From assembly GCF_009914755.1 (NCBI RefSeq), contig NC_060936.1: 64,000 nt of DNA. One strand, 5' to 3'. The notes beneath the pieces are model-generated. The model was given only the letters and a program-made list of their open reading frames with translations. It made no database searches and was not told the DNA's origin. The stretch's first letter is position 1. Every line of letters starts with the position of its first letter. Below, in pieces: positions 62,701 through 64,000 of this stretch. Origin of the DNA: the human T2T-CHM13v2.0 reference genome, Homo sapiens. The translations under genes were made by a program, and so were the position numbers.

Positions 62701-63540
62701 ATCGAAACCACAGTGAAATGTTAGAATGGCTATTATCAAAAAGATTTAAAAAATAAACACTGGCAAGGATGCAGAGCAAAATAATCCCTTATACAGTATT
62801 TGTGAGACTGCAAATTAGTACATTTATTATGGAAAACAGTATGGAGGCTCGCCATGAACTAAAAATAGGACTACTATATGATATAGCTATCTCACTAGTT
62901 GGTATATATTTAAGGGAAAGGAAATCAGTATGTTGAAGAGCTATCTGCACTCCTATGTTTATTGCAGCACTATTCACATCATCCAAGAAATGGAATCAAT
63001 CTCAGAGTCCATCAACAGATAAATAGGTAAAGAAAATGTGGTATTTCATACAAGGAATGCTCTTCAGCCATAAACAAGAATAAAATTCTGTCATTCAAAG
63101 CAACATGTATGAGACTGGAGGACATTATGTTAAGTGAAATAAGACAGAAAGAGAAATACACACGTGATCATTGATATAAGTAAGCTCTTTTTCTCATAGA
63201 AGTAGGAAGAAAAATAATGGTTACTAGAGGCTAGAAAGTGTAGGGGGCAGGGAGGATAGGGAAAGGTTGATTACAAGAGACAAAAGTAGTTAGATAGGAA
63301 TAAGTTTTAGTGTTTCATAGCTCTTTAGATGGACTATAGTTGACAGTGATTTATTATGTATTTTCAAACAGCTAGAAGAGAGGATTTTGAATGTTTTCAA
63401 CACAAAAAGAAGATAAATGTTTTAGATGATGGATATGCTAATTATCTTGTTTTGATCATTACACATTGTATACATGTATCAAAATATCTGTGTACCATAT
63501 AATTATGTATGATTATTATATGTCAATTAAAAAACAAAAC
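59751..63540 (+). mobile_element. L1MA4/5-like 5'-truncated element (ORF2 and 3'UTR)
   Basis: ORF 61122-61448 ([21 protein letters not shown]); L1MA 3'UTR; TSD aaattgaatgaca (59738-59750) / aaactgagtgaca (63541-63553). Confidence 0.88.
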
Positions 63541-64000
63541 AAACTGAGTGACAAAAATAAGTTATAATTTGGGCATCCTGATGATTCATAATGTGTTCAT
63601 TTCTGATGGAGAACTTACAAACCACTGAAAATACTTTCATATATTCTCTGGACTTACATGCCTATGAAGACGTATCTTAAAAGCTTACAATTTAAATTGG
63701 TGATCAAGTTTTCAACTATAAAAGTAATGTCTTAAAGAGACAAGGGGTCTTACAATAAAGGAAATAGGAACAAGACAAGATATAAGAAGTTGGATTACTG
63801 GATCAGAGTAAGAAAAAGGTAGCAAGTGGAAACTAGTAAAATTCTCTGAGCTCCTGGGCCTCTAGAGTACTATTAGTATTCTAGAAGGTAGGGACTTAGT
63901 AAGACCACTGTATGGGAAAGTGAAAGGAAATATCCTAGGTATTTTTGCCTTTTTTTCTTTTATCCCTTGCTTTTTAAATTTATCATAGACCTGATTACTT

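Noticed and set aside
58533-63540. Antisense and sense L1MA segments as one twin-primed element
   Set aside because: Each has its own distinct 3' end, and the sense element has its own TSD (59738-59750 / 63541-63553).

Overview
Human genomic DNA. A near-consensus AluYb8 right arm at ~9.66-9.86 kb belongs to a human-specific subfamily. The window is AT-rich and dominated by interspersed repeats, so it is probably intergenic or deep intronic. I find no cellular protein-coding exon, RNA gene or CRISPR-like array, and every ORF in the track is repeat-derived or spurious. The centrepiece is a TSD-bounded HERV-H-type provirus (48098-56687, two 419-bp LTR7-class LTRs) whose primer-binding site matches tRNA-Phe rather than tRNA-His. 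It carries three later insertions (an LTR14/HML-1-like solo LTR, a twin-primed 5'-inverted L1PA2 and an AluY) and itself sits inside an old L1MA. Next to it is a TSD-flanked L1 made only of the 5'UTR and the start of ORF1, with no 3' end. Other notable structures: a 5'-inverted Alu with a nested AluYb8 half, an AluYd, a THE1A provirus, and a short mosaic stitched from nearby sequences (32552-32690). I cannot support a new 'biological system' here; the unusual signals are retrotransposition and DNA-repair footprints. Subfamily names come from remembered consensus sequences, and old-element boundaries are approximate.
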